DNA from: Catajapyx aquilonaris
Lineage: Eukaryota
Assembly: GCA_000934665.2 (NCBI GenBank)
Contig: KZ538222.1
Coordinates: 62,001-105,573 of the forward strand
DNA: 43,573 bases
Direction of reading: 5' to 3'
In this document: positions 12,118 through 24,500 of the stretch, piece by piece
How the letters are laid out: each line of letters starts with the position of its first letter
Numbering within the stretch: the stretch's first letter is position 1
Made by a program: the position numbers and the translations under genes
Notes under the pieces: model-generated
What the model was told of the DNA's origin: nothing
The model's input: the letters and a program-made list of their open reading frames with translations, nothing else
Database searches by the model: none

Positions 12118-12443
12118 ATAGATTGGGTATTCGGCTAACCCCAGAGGGGTTTTTTGCCAGACCTTTATTGTGATGGTGTACAATTCTGGGAATCCTATTA
12201 TTGAAGCGCCCGGGCCCACGGGCAGGATGACAGGAGGGGATGTGCAAGTGCAGTGCATCTGACGTGTGGCCATTTTTAATGAGCTCCCCCGGGTGGTTTA
12301 GTCTATAGGAAATACCACCCGAGACGAAGCCAGAGGTGACCGACCTCTGCACGAGATGAAGGGGGTGTCCCCGGGCTGGGATCGAACCCGGGACCTTAAC
12401 ATCCGTGGGCGCGCACGTTACCGCGGCGCCACTCCGTCTCCCC
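12085..12443 (-). mobile_element. SINE family A, copy 2
   Basis: B box ggttcgatccc; (TA)n tail; TSD cacattttg(c/t)agagt (12070-12084, 12444-12458). Confidence 0.92.
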
Positions 12444-12938
12444 CACATTTTGTAGAGTACGATGTGCTGAGTCGAATGCGCCCTGGGACAAATCATTTGG
12501 TCGTAATAGTTAGTTGCAGATCTGTATAGGTTTACAATATAAATAGGTCTATAATAGCCTCAGCATAAAAGTGTATCGCATCAGGCTACATGCAAGATAA
12601 TCGTCCTTATTGGCAAATAGACCATTTTCAAAAAATGACAAAAATGCTTATTTTAATATGACATCACCCACCACAGGTTGTGGTGAAAGGACAAATGTGT
12701 AGGTGGAATAACAGTACGCATACAGTGACACTTGATTTGTGAGGACTACGACTGCCAGTCAAAAGAAATCGAGACAGATTTCTCATGTGGTATTGAGAAT
12801 TAGTTCTGGCTGTGCCGTGAATGGCATCATGTCTTGAATGGATTGAAGTATTGGAACACCAATTCTTGTTTGAATATTCCACGATCCCAGGTGATGGTGA
12901 CACCGGAAGTAGAGTTAGGTTAATATTCCCCTCGGCTC

Positions 12939-13228
12939 ACCGAAGCAGTGGTAGCGGAGGGGATATGGTATCCGACTGCTAATCGGGAGGTCCTGGGTTC
13001 GAATCCCGGTGGCCGCCGACCCTGACCGTGGTTTTCTGTGGTTTCCCATGGTCTCACCAGGAAAATTCCGGGGTCGTGCCCGTAATTATAGGCCACAGCC
13101 GCTTCCTTCCGTCCCTATCCCATCCCCATATACGAGAAGTAAAAACGAAAGCAAGAGTTCCATATATATAATGGTGGTATCCCAGCCCCCTAAGAGGGCC
13201 CATGGCCCTAGCACGGGGTACAAATTAT
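12939..13228 (+). mobile_element. tRNA-derived SINE family B, copy 1
   Basis: Head with ccgactgctaatcgg anticodon-like arm and B box ggttcgaatcc; TSD tattc(c/g)cctcggctc (12924-12938, 13229-13243). Confidence 0.88.
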
Positions 13229-13469
13229 TATTCGCCTCGGCTCTACTAGGAGGTCGGCGGTTTTGCTTCCATTTGAAGACAACAGCGACGGATGCGTATG
13301 ACATGCTAAGATATGGTAAAGATGTATCCCACAGCATTCCGATGATACAAGGCATTCAGCGAGGGCCAGTAGTCAGAGACAGGTTTGCAGACTGCCTCAG
13401 AGTTTTGACAGAGGAGATCATTACAAAAAGGTTCCTGGCCTTGTAATGGGGTACCAATGCATCTGTGCC

Positions 13470-13579
13470 ATGGGGTGCAGGTCAGAGACCCTCCTGACGC
13501 AGGGGAAAGGGAACTCCCCAGCGGGGATCGCACCTGGCCCCCATCTCGTCGTTACCATCTCGGCCATCTACACCTCCCC
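13470..13579 (-). mobile_element. SINE family C, 5' fragment
   Basis: Matches 32320-32437 (tgcaggtcagagaccctcctgacgcagg...ttaccatctcggcca). Confidence 0.75.
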
Positions 13580-13609
13580 ATAAACATTATTATTATTATT
13601 AATTATCTA

Positions 13610-13843
13610 CTTTATAATTATTGATATTAGGGAGGTTGGCCCGGTATTGCTTCTTCAACCTCCAAAGGTAGGGAAGGAAGGAAGCGGCTGTGGCCTATTA
13701 TACGGAAGCGACCCGAATTATCCTAGGGAAGACCGTGGAAAACCACAGAAAACCACGGTCAGGATCATCGGCCCCGGGATTCGAACCCAGGACCCCCCGA
13801 TTAGCAGTCGGACGCCTTATCCACCATGCCAACCTGCTTCGGT
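13610..13843 (-). mobile_element. SINE family B, copy 2, inserted in a (TAT)n tract
   Basis: Reverse-complement homology to 12939-13115; 13-bp TSD tattaattatcta (13597-13609, 13844-13856). Confidence 0.88.
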
Positions 13844-13858
13844 TATTAATTATCTATT

Positions 13859-13859
<1 letters not shown>

Positions 13860-13929
<70 letters not shown>
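13860..13929. repeat. (TAT)n microsatellite
   Basis: Direct reading. Confidence 0.95.
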
Positions 13930-16900
13930 GTAGGTTTGACACCACATGCAAGTTCTAATTCAAAATTGCGAAATAAAGTGCGCAAAACATCTATGAATTA
14001 ATTTCCTTGCAACTTGCCCCCTATGGAATATGGCAGTGAAGCTAAAGTACCTGTAACGTTGTCATTTAATGACGAATTTATAATTGCATGGAATTTACAA
14101 CTGGATTTAATGGGACACCACATTTTGTTGTTGTGTATCTAATTGCTCACTCACGAAGGACACTGCTACAGATTTGCAACTGATCAATAGCCTGCTCTGG
14201 TAAAATGCTTGTGTAGAATATTTAAGAGTCAAAATTGGTTATTTGAGCGCGTAGGATTAATTCTAATCACGTGCGCTTATTGTAACGACATAATGGGGCG
14301 GATCATAAAGTGCCTCGTCCCGAGTTCGTCCCATTGTCATCTCCAGTATTTCGCGAGCTAGTAACTTATAACATGGGGCAGTGATCGTATTTCGAGCCCA
14401 ACACATTGCTATGGGAAAAACTCAAAGCAAAATGGCATTCCCGTTTATAACAACAACAACAACAATAATAATAATATCGTAAATGAAATCCCTCCAGATG
14501 GTGCTTCATGTCGTTCTTGAATTAGTCAAATTCACACAGGAGAGAAATGAATCAGACATAGCAAATCAGAGTCAAAAACCTTGCCATAAATAGCCAGTCA
14601 TTACACCCGGGCCCGATTCTCCAGAACACGTTGGCCGCATTGTGCGAGGCGGTGCGAGGATTGATTAGCGGCCATATAGGACTCTGGGTGGTGGGGATAG
14701 GGGAGGGCAAGTAGATTTTTCCTTCTCCGTATGGGCCCGTTCCCACATGGCTTGTACTCGCACGAGGCACGGCTTCTCGAAATGGGTCAAGATGCAAAGC
14801 GTTCGGAACATGCACCCTAGATCGATGCATAGATATCACATTTCCTAGCCGGAGAAGGTTCTAGATGACACCCCCGCTCTCATCCTCCCAGCTGAGCTGA
14901 CTCCTCCACCCACCACCGCCGCGCTCCACCTAACCAACCACCACTCCAAAACTACTTTATTCGGTTGAGTTTCAGTGCCAGCAACAGATCGAATTGCGAC
15001 ATCTGAAATGACGCCGCTTTCCTTCACAGCCCTGAAAGCTAGTTAATCAAATGGGAGGCCTTGGGCCAACCCTTCCCACCCCGCCATCATCCCCCAGCCC
15101 GTACCCAGCATCAGGTGTGTGCGGATTTGCTTCCAGGTGTAATTGGACCAGGTCGATTTAGGATGGGACTTCTTCTTTGTTGTCGTTTTCCATCCCGGCG
15201 CGTGGGCTGTGTTTCAATGTCCCGCCAGTAGCGGGAAATTAGTAGGACAATTGGCCAACAGGGGGAACTCGCCTTACCATTGGCTACTCCTGACCCAATC
15301 GAAAGGCGAGGACCTGTCAGCGCAGCGAGTGTAGAGTGTACTGTATGTGTATCAGCATTGACGACGTTTTATGCCAAGGTTTCCAGTTTTGGAGTGCATG
15401 GTTGAAGATGGTCATCGCAATGACGGCAGTCCGCCAGTGCACTGGTTAATTCCATTAAAACTCCCTGTCGGTCCAAATCGTGTCGTTTACACTTCAGTCT
15501 GGGTGGCAATAAAGCTTCTGGCCTGATTATTTTCTCGGGCGGAAAGGGGGTGACGGTAAGTAGTCCACCTCATGATATAGTTAAATTACCAGGTTGTTGA
15601 TGGCACACGATAACTCGAGGAGTAGCGGGGTGCGCTTTCGCGATCGCCGTTCCCTGTTCTCAGTATATGCAAGATATACATAAGGCATACGTCGGAAGCG
15701 CACTGTAATCCTGGTTCACTCGTTGCAATTTTCCGACTTTTGTGCCAGCTGACTTATTCTGGACTGGGAAGAATGATGACCTAAAGACAACCCATTTTAG
15801 GCGAGAAAACTGCTGTCGCAACTTTGGGTGTCCTCTATAACCTCGACAGGAGTTCTAAAACTATTATGATGCGACCTACTTGTGGAAAGTTGACTCTACC
15901 TTGTGTTAGCACATTGTACGGTACTATATGTGGTCTTCGCAATATTACTACTCTATGAAAATCAGCAAAATAATGGTATAGTTTTGCACTGCTCTGAAAT
16001 GGAGCATTTTCTTTGTGGGAAGCACAAGCGGAACCAGGATGTACCTGAGTTTTTCGCTTTGGTTACTGAACGATGCTGTTCCAGTTTTAATGGGAAATGT
16101 GAAATTGCTATTTTTTGCAGTATGTTGATTTAGCTAAGTAAATATTGGAAGCTCAAGGCAAGCTCTGTACGAGGTAGACCTCGACAAATTACGTCATCGT
16201 GGTATCCCATTTATATTGCTGGTTTTATGAATAGTTTTTAAGCGGCGCAGCTATAAATTCATTGTGGGCATCGTTCCTATAAAGCCAAATTGCTAGGCTT
16301 CTCACAGGCGATGCGTCATGCAACAATGGGGCCTATGCCACTCCGGTATTTTCCGCTAGTGCGGCCAGATGCGAAATTTGCTGAAGAACCGCGCATTGGC
16401 GAAATCGGGGTGTAAATCAGAGGTTTGGCGAATGACTTAAATAGTCTTTAACAAGACTATTGAAATTACGATTAAATCATAGTAAACTCATAAGCCAGAT
16501 ATCAAAACAAAAACGGAGAAAATATGCTTGTTGCGATAAGTATGGTTTTAAATGCTTGACAAAAACCGAAATTACGAGAATTCAGAATTTTGCAATTCCA
16601 GGAGCAACTTTTATTTTGCGGTTTTTATTTTCCAGGACAATAGTAACGATAACATCAGTTGTGGCATTTATAATCATATATCTGATAATTATTGTCATAC
16701 CAGTTAAATTGCAACAAAATGGAACGTCAGAATACAACGCGAACTCAATCCTATCACCGGAAATGTTACGAAATGACGCTGTCCAATGTCCATGTCAATA
16801 AACCATGCCATTCAGAGCCTTCACATGTGTGACATGAGGCGCACCTTGCTTCTCATATTTATAAGTCCATACCCAAGCTAAAACTGGACCTGTTAAATTA

Positions 16901-17582
16901 ACTCTTCCATGTTTACAGGTAATTGTTTACTCGCGCGCTGCTAAACCCATATTCTGATGGAGCAATACATTAGCCGTGTACTTACCAGCCCAAGGTCGCA
17001 TTTTGTAATGATCCTGGAATGATAGGGAACCTGGGCGTCTCTCTTGCGTGACAGGGAAGTCTACTCAACAGGCTTGGGGTGCCTTTCACTTCAAGCTCAT
17101 TAAGTACATCCTGTTTATGCACGATGGTATTTTCCTGGAAAAAATATTGACAGGATTAACTCAGGTAGGAAGCCTAAGGTGACTCGAGAGCGTCTGAAGG
17201 TTCACATTTTGGCATACTACATGTGCATAAGGTACTATAGGCCACATATGATTGCGGCACATGCCTTTTCACGCGTGGCATGCAGCAAGTACAGTGGCAT
17301 TCACAGGATATCAGAAAGAACAAGTGTCCGTAATCACATTTGTCCGATTGTTCGTTGGTTCGTTCTCACTAAGGCCATGGGCCAAAAGGGTATGCAATAA
17401 CCCAACCGATTTTCCGTGTCTGAAAAGGACGAATGGTCTTTTGTTCCTTGATCAGAAGAACGCCAGTTATCCCATTGATGGCCATAAATCGCTGGTGATA
17501 GGAGTCATCCTGCACGCCAGGTGACCCGTGCAGCAGGAATGTTTGGGGGGTGGCTAGCGCGTAGGATTAATTCCAGCGTGTA

Positions 17583-18336
17583 TAGGGTGTTTCTCAACTT
17601 ATAACAAGTGATTATCTCGATAATGAACCGCCTTTGCCAAAATTAACGTAGGTAACTTTATCTTAGAAATTCGCAAGAAGTTTAGGTCCGAGAGAAGGGC
17701 GCACCTTTGGCACCACGTATACATCTGCGTCTCACTAGAAAACACGAGTACGGAAAATTGGTATGATCTGGGGGGAGGGGGCATGGCAAGGGTCCGAAAG
17801 GCCAGCGACAATCCGTTTTGGAGATGTCGACTTTTGACATCGACGATGTCCATCCTGACAAGTGTGGATACCCCTCTGCATGCCTGAATTGCTTGTGGCC
17901 GGAGCCAGGCGGTTGAGCTACGGTCTGGTGTTGCGAGCCCCTGGCCCCGGCAACCAGCAATGCAGGGATGTACATCGTTGATGTCAAAGGTCGACATCTC
18001 CAAAACGGATTGTCGCTGGCCTTTCGGACCCATGCCTCATGCCATGCTCCTTCCATACGCACACCCTATACCACCCGTAGAATATACCGATTTTAAATCA
18101 ATTTTTGCCGCCCACTTCCCTACTTGCATAATTCACCATTTCTGGCTTCGCCATTATAATCCCCATCCCAAGAAAGTGCTAAGTAGCCTACCAAGAATCT
18201 GACATTTTGACCCCCGTATCCCAACAACCCTTGAGATAAAAGATTTCTCCCGAAGGGCACTTTCTTTCTAGCAGGAAAGGAACCAGAGAAAATTATTTCA
18301 ACATGAAGTTCGCGCAGCACTTCGCGAGGTTCCCTG
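17583..18336. mobile_element. Non-autonomous DNA element with internal about 80-bp inverted repeats around a about 110-bp spacer
   Basis: IRs at about 17775-17856 and 17965-18050; right arm matches both arms of 39626-40439; right end ggttccctg|TA; left boundary less certain. Confidence 0.7.
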
Positions 18337-19123
18337 TAACCTGTAGAAGTCAGAAATGACATGTCAATGCTTCGGGTTCACGGGAGTGATGGCGTTGTTA
18401 TGTCACATGAGTACAGTATGCCATCGTGTGGCCCAAATAAGGGTGTGCAGCAGCCAGTATTTTTATGAATTTACGAAATTAGACATTATATTCAATCCAA
18501 CAGACAATTGTCGGACCTCGCGTCTGCAGTGACAAAACGAAATATTTCCAGATAGAGAGAGCAGCATTTTCCTCACCTTTCCTATACATACTGTACGCAT
18601 TTTCCCTTTCCCTCCCTCCTGCTTTCCCCCCTATTTGCACTGATACACTGATTATGATGCCGATATGATACGGCAGTCACATTCGCTTTGGACATTCCTT
18701 AAATTGGCAGGGTACATAATCGCATCCCGGCAATAACAGGCAGACTCTGCTATTAACGATAGATGCACAAAATTACAGGGTGTCCAGACCACGGCAACTT
18801 ATACTGTTGTGCACCCTCGGGAGGTGGAAAGTGTTCCACACCTTTACCTAAAATCGGGGTTTTGGTACTTTTCAAACCGTGTTTCAAACATATCGCGCCA
18901 AATCAGCAACGCCATGTTTGATGCATAGCCGGAAGCGCTAGCCTCCGAATAGGTCCTCCCTGCTACCGCCATCCGTGACGTATACTACCGAAACTACCTG
19001 CACCACCTTCCCCTGTCCCCCGACATACACCCAAATCCTAAATTTTGGGCATTTAGACTTTTAAAAAGCGCAGTTTTTGGACTTTCCCCCCGATCAAGGC
19101 AGGTTTGCCATCAGCGTGTAAAG

Positions 19124-19379
19124 CAGTGCTTCCCAAATTGTGGATCGCGACGCCATTTGGGGTCGCGAAAAAAATATTTGGGGTCGGGAAGGAGGGTAAC
19201 AAATTATTATTTTCACAAAATGATGCTATCTTTCTTGAAAATCATGGCCATAAGGTAAGGTCATTTCACTGTTTACCTGTCTTTTCATGTTGGCGCATCG
19301 AAATGTGCACATATATGGGGTCGCAAATTTTACAATACCATTTTTTGGGGTCGCCAACGAAAGTAATTGCGAGGCACTG
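19124..19379. mobile_element. hAT-type MITE
   Basis: TIR cagtgcttcccaa / ttgcgaggcactg; perfect 8-bp TSD gtgtaaag. Confidence 0.9.
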
Positions 19380-19501
19380 GTGTAAAGTTTCAGCGCTCTT
19401 GGAAGTGTGGAAGTGTGTTAGGTAAACCGGCGAAACATATATAATTATTGTACAAACTTTCCCATGCATAAATATAGGACATAATTGCTACATATTATGT
19501 T

Positions 19502-19820
19502 TTTTTTTGCCCCATTGGGAGTTACATTTCCTTTAGGGGGGTGGAATACCACCATTTGGGTGGAACCGGTATACTAAGATAGTATTTAGTGTGTTTCAAG
19601 GGTAGGTAGGAGGGGATGTGCAAAGTGCGTGTGCAATGTCGTTGATGTGCCGTTTTGTGATCTCCCCCGGGTGGCATATGTGAAAGGATCGCCACCCGAA
19701 ACGAAGCCAGAGACGGTCTCACTCTGCGCGAGATGAAGGGGGGAACCCCGGGTTGGGATCGAACCCGGGACCTTAACATCCGCGGGCGCATACGTTACCG
19801 CAGCGCCACTTCGCCTCCCA
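19502..19820 (-). mobile_element. SINE family A, copy 3 (divergent 3' half, poly-A tail)
   Basis: Perfect 15-bp TSD gctacatattatgtt (19487-19501, 19821-19835); shared tRNA head and core. Confidence 0.9.
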
Positions 19821-21111
19821 GCTACATATTATGTTAGAGATATTTATCGATGAAACTATAGAACTATATGACGTGCGAGACAATCATTAGACTACTGTGC
19901 AGTGCCTTGCCCTCTTGCGGCTGCTAGGTAATTAGAAACTGTAAATCTCAGTCGTTGGTCATACATTTTGGAGTAAATAGTAAATATGTATACCCTCTCA
20001 TATGGTATGTCTGCGCAGCTTTTCTCACAATCACCGAGTTTATAATATTATTTTATTATTAACATGCTATAAAAGACGAAATAGGGTAATCCCGAAAAAC
20101 CTGCAGGAATGCAGATAGAGAGCCCATTGAACCTCTATTCCGCACTTGAGGAATCGTTCCACCGACCTGGGCATAGAAGATTAGAACTCAGAACCTCAGT
20201 GGGTAAGCCTGTGGTCTAAAGCACTACTCGACCCTTCTGCTCTGGATGAACAGTATTAGAAATTGCAGTAAATACTGAAAGGTCTAATATAGGAATAAGG
20301 CTTGTTGATGACCCTGAGTGTCAGCTAATCGGCTCGTCTTCCTTTTAATAAATTTTGCACGAGTTCCACGGGAAACGGCGAAGTAAATAGCAGCTCATAT
20401 ACCGTAGGTATAGGTTGTGGATGAGGGATTAAATTCCGTGCCTCAGTATGTATAGCGTGCAGTCACCGGCCTGTATTTATTCCCGCTCATAAAACGCGAA
20501 GGAACGAGGGCGATAATGGAGTCAAAGGCGGAGGAACGAAGGCGTTTACTTGGTCAATGGCTGACCTATATGAATAGAGAAACAGGACGACGCGCATGGA
20601 AGAATAGCCCAAGAATTCCCATCGGTGATAAATAAACTATTGAGGGTATTTTATACCCCTTTCCATTTTTCACCCCCTCTGGCGAACGGTACACAACAAG
20701 CAGCTGGAGGGAGCGAAGCGTTAACTGCAATCACGTTTTACTATCGACTTTGAAAGAAGAAAATGACGGGCTCCCCCAGTTTTGAGTTGAAATGCAATGC
20801 GAAAGTTTGAGAATGCGCCAGGTGGCCATTACCGAGCTGCAAGCCTCGAGAGAGACAGGTTGCTTCAATTATTAATTCGAAGGGGGAACCGTCTGTAGCA
20901 GCGAGCGGCACAGGAAATGGCCAAAATGAGACGTAAGTGAGTTGGAGAAGGCCCTTGAATCAGAAATGAATGCTGGTAGTTGGGTGCCACGGCGCGGGCG
21001 TGGCAACGCAAGAACTTCTATCACTTCGCGACAGAGGGCGTGAAGCCGTGGCGCCATCTCTTTAGTTAAGGTGGGTAAGTTCGGGGTGATGAAGTGTACC
21101 TGATGGGAAGC

Positions 21112-21117
<6 letters not shown>

Positions 21118-21171
<54 letters not shown>

Positions 21172-21506
21172 TTGTGGGTAATGCTTTCACCACTTTCCGG
21201 GGTATATAGCATGGACCTTTATTGTATTTTAAGTTGTTATGTAGTACATGGTGCCTATTTAATGAAAGCCCGGGCCCACGGGCAGGGTGACAGGAGGGGA
21301 TGTGAAGGTGCAGTGCAATGTCGTAGCTGTGGTCATTTTGTGAACTCCCCCGGGTGGTTTAGTCTATTGGAAATACAACCCGAGACGAAGCCAGAGATGA
21401 CCCCGAACTCTGCACGAGATGAAGGGGGTGTCCCCGGGATGGGATCGAACCCGGGACCTTAAAATCCGTGGGCGCATACGTTACCGCAGCGCCACTCCGT
21501 CTCCCC
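21118..21506 (-). mobile_element. SINE family A, copy 4, (ATT)n tail
   Basis: Perfect 16-bp TSD gatgggaagctataat (21102-21117, 21507-21522). Confidence 0.93.
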
Positions 21507-24500
21507 GATGGGAAGCTATAATGATATTAATGAATGTATTGTAAGACGTATACGCTAACGTTCAGGTGATGCTGTAAAATGGCGCCATGTTCCGTGACCT
21601 GCTGACCTAACCGAGATATCATAACGGATCGCATTTTGCATGGTGCACAATAAAATGAGTGGTAAAACCTGAAGTGTCCTCGTATACATAAAGAGCGCGC
21701 CTACTTCAGTTGGATCGACTTTTCCGTGTATAGTACACAAAGCTCATGACTATATGCACCGTTACGGAGAGGGCGCCACTTGGCCCGTTTCTTGCGTGCT
21801 TCGGAAATAATTTAAATAATGAACTGATTATGCAGGTTATGAGGCATTGCGCTCTCACTACCACTTTAGGGCGTCCTGCTTTTTTTCTCCCAAAAGAAAT
21901 AGTAGGAGTGATGTGTAATCATGGCATGTGTTGGTGGGTAAACCCATGCGTTGACTCGTATGAGACAATCAAAAAGTCTCGAGTACGTGTGTGTTTGGTA
22001 TGCCAACTGGGTTTTTCGCGCCTGACCTTTTTTTTATTTTGCTGTCGGGCGAATCTCGGCCTCGTCTGTTTGGACGGAAAATTACCATGTCACTATTTGC
22101 ACAATCCTACACCCCTTCCATCCCTCCCTCTCACAGCCAGCAGTATTCGCGAATTGACTGGATGGATGGGTAGGGACTTTGAAATGAGATCGGATTCGGA
22201 TAGTCGTCTTGAGTTCAAATTGGCACAGCTCTTCACTTTTTCCCTTTGACGCGACCAACGGCGACGACTTTTTACCCAGATGAAATGTCAACATAGCAAG
22301 AGGCGTGGAAGAAACGTATTTAATGTGGCTTGGCCAAATTGGATTGCGTTTCCCCAGTATTTACTCGTGTATAGGCCGCACTTTTCTGACAAATAATCGG
22401 AAATGCGACTCGAGCGGGGAATAATTTTTTTTTTTTTTTTTTGGCACCGTCACGTGCAGGATAGGAGAGAAGTGGCACCTGTGAGTCACAAAAAAATAGT
22501 TCAGTCTATACTACACACAAGGCAATTTATAAATGTTTCGAAAATGGGGGAAAATGATGCTAGAATTATTTCGGTTATGGCTAACAACTTAACAAGCCTT
22601 AAAATGTGTACACTGATAATCACCTGTTGTCGCATGTAAATAGTTGGTGACTGGTAATTAATATACATGAATTATTCCCCGGAATGTTATCAACAATGTG
22701 TTTTTCGGTGTTACATTGGCTGGGTAATGGAGCAATATTTCTCACTAACTATGTGTAGTCATATAGTGATATCCTTAAGTACTAGACACAAAACAATGTC
22801 ATCATATGTAGGTATGCCGGTAGTTTATTTGACTCCTTAGAGAAAAGTGACGACCCACAAAGTTACATGTAGCATGCTTGCACCAAAGGTCCAAAGTGCC
22901 AAAAATGGTAAATTTTACAGAAGGATTTTTGTGTTTTATGTTAGCATTCATGATAACCGAATAATGGCCGCTTTAAAGTGGTACTGTAGAGGTAGCCACC
23001 TTCTGGGAGTACCACCAAGTTAAATTCAACGTACGTGATAGTATTATGATCCCTTTCCATATTCACAGTCAGCTTCAGCCACATTTTTATTCTGGCCATT
23101 AGTATGAATAGGGTGTGGTGAATACGCTACAGTGCCGAAGAGTAGTTTTCAGAAATTTGTGTAGTGCGATACTTTTTCCGAGCGACTTTGTGGTGAGCTG
23201 TAGGCAAAGCTAGATTCGATTCACAGTAAGCGTGATTATACGCGTATTTACACAACAAACTTTCTCTTAGAGCATTTTGGTTTCCAGATAGTGACCTTTT
23301 CTTTACTTGGTTGATGCCACTATTTTCTTACGAAATATGCTGTCTACGTATAGTGAACAATAGTCGTAGAAAGTATGCTGCATACTGGACATGCTCTCTG
23401 GACCAGTGTTGGCCGAGAAAAGTGTGAGCTCTTCACATAACGGGTCAGAATACTATGCCTAAGTGATTACATAACTTACGATCAGATAGTATCTATAACT
23501 ATACTCTCAAATGGACCTCGACTAGTATGAATACAGTGTATAATAATTCTCGTGACTGTCACGATAGGTTGCCTACAGCGCCACAATTCCCTTTTTCAGC
23601 ATTTCCAGAGCTGGGTTCAGTCGCATGCATGAAACGAGATAGCGAAAAGTTGAATTAGTGTTTCAAAAAGATTGTTCGGCTTATACACGGGGATCTGACA
23701 ATCGCTCAATCGTCGAGGCCCAATTACGTGAATAGCGTAAGGAGGGAGGCACGCTGTTCAAAAAACGGAAAAGCGAAGCTCATACTTTGATAATAAAATA
23801 GAACACAACATTATCGAATGTAACCTTTATTGATTCATGTAGCCCAATGGCTAAAAATCCCCAGTTTGACTACATCCGATAAATATTCTGCATTATTTTT
23901 GAGATATACCAACTATCCCTTAGTATACCCCTTGAACTGATGTGTCGCCTACAACTATGCAGTGTGTCTGTTGAAAAACATCAACTGTGGTGGACAGGTT
24001 TACCACTGTCGGAACCAGAGTTGACAGCTCCATAGTATTCAGTGCAAAATTGTGACATTATTGGCATGTTTGAATATTGTCACTTTAAACGGGGTGCATT
24101 TTTCGTTGCATTGGGAATTTAATTGCTGGGATTGTTAGCAATTAGATCCATTAGTAGGCATCCAGTTGTAACTGTCGAATAACGTGATTGGGAAATGATG
24201 GTATTAGGTCGATTTTTATGGGCTGTGACATCACGTTTGGCTTCGTCATTATTCTTATCCTTTGTGCCAAAAATTATGACGCGTGTCCGACTTTTCGAGG
24301 AATTCCTTCCGTCACTCTACGGACGACTTGTGAGGCCGCCTTTTCGCCTGATCGATGATGCTATTTAAAATGATTGGCTTTATGAGCTTATAAATGGAAT
24401 TTAGTGAGGAACATCTGTGCAGATGGGGCCCTTCTGTAATGGCATCGGAGCGCGAAAATATCGACCCCATTTTAAAGCCATTTTGCAATTCCGCCCGTTC

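Noticed and set aside
12939..13020. tRNA genes here and at other A/B-box sites
   Set aside because: No proper acceptor stem or T-terminator; each continues into a SINE body with tail and TSD
13647..14001. Poly-Tyr/Ile ORFs (also poly-Asn at 21094, poly-Leu at 32800)
   Set aside because: Translations of trinucleotide microsatellites and SINE tails
20518..20637. 39-aa ORF MESKAEERRR...GDK
   Set aside because: Length expected by chance; no recognisable homology
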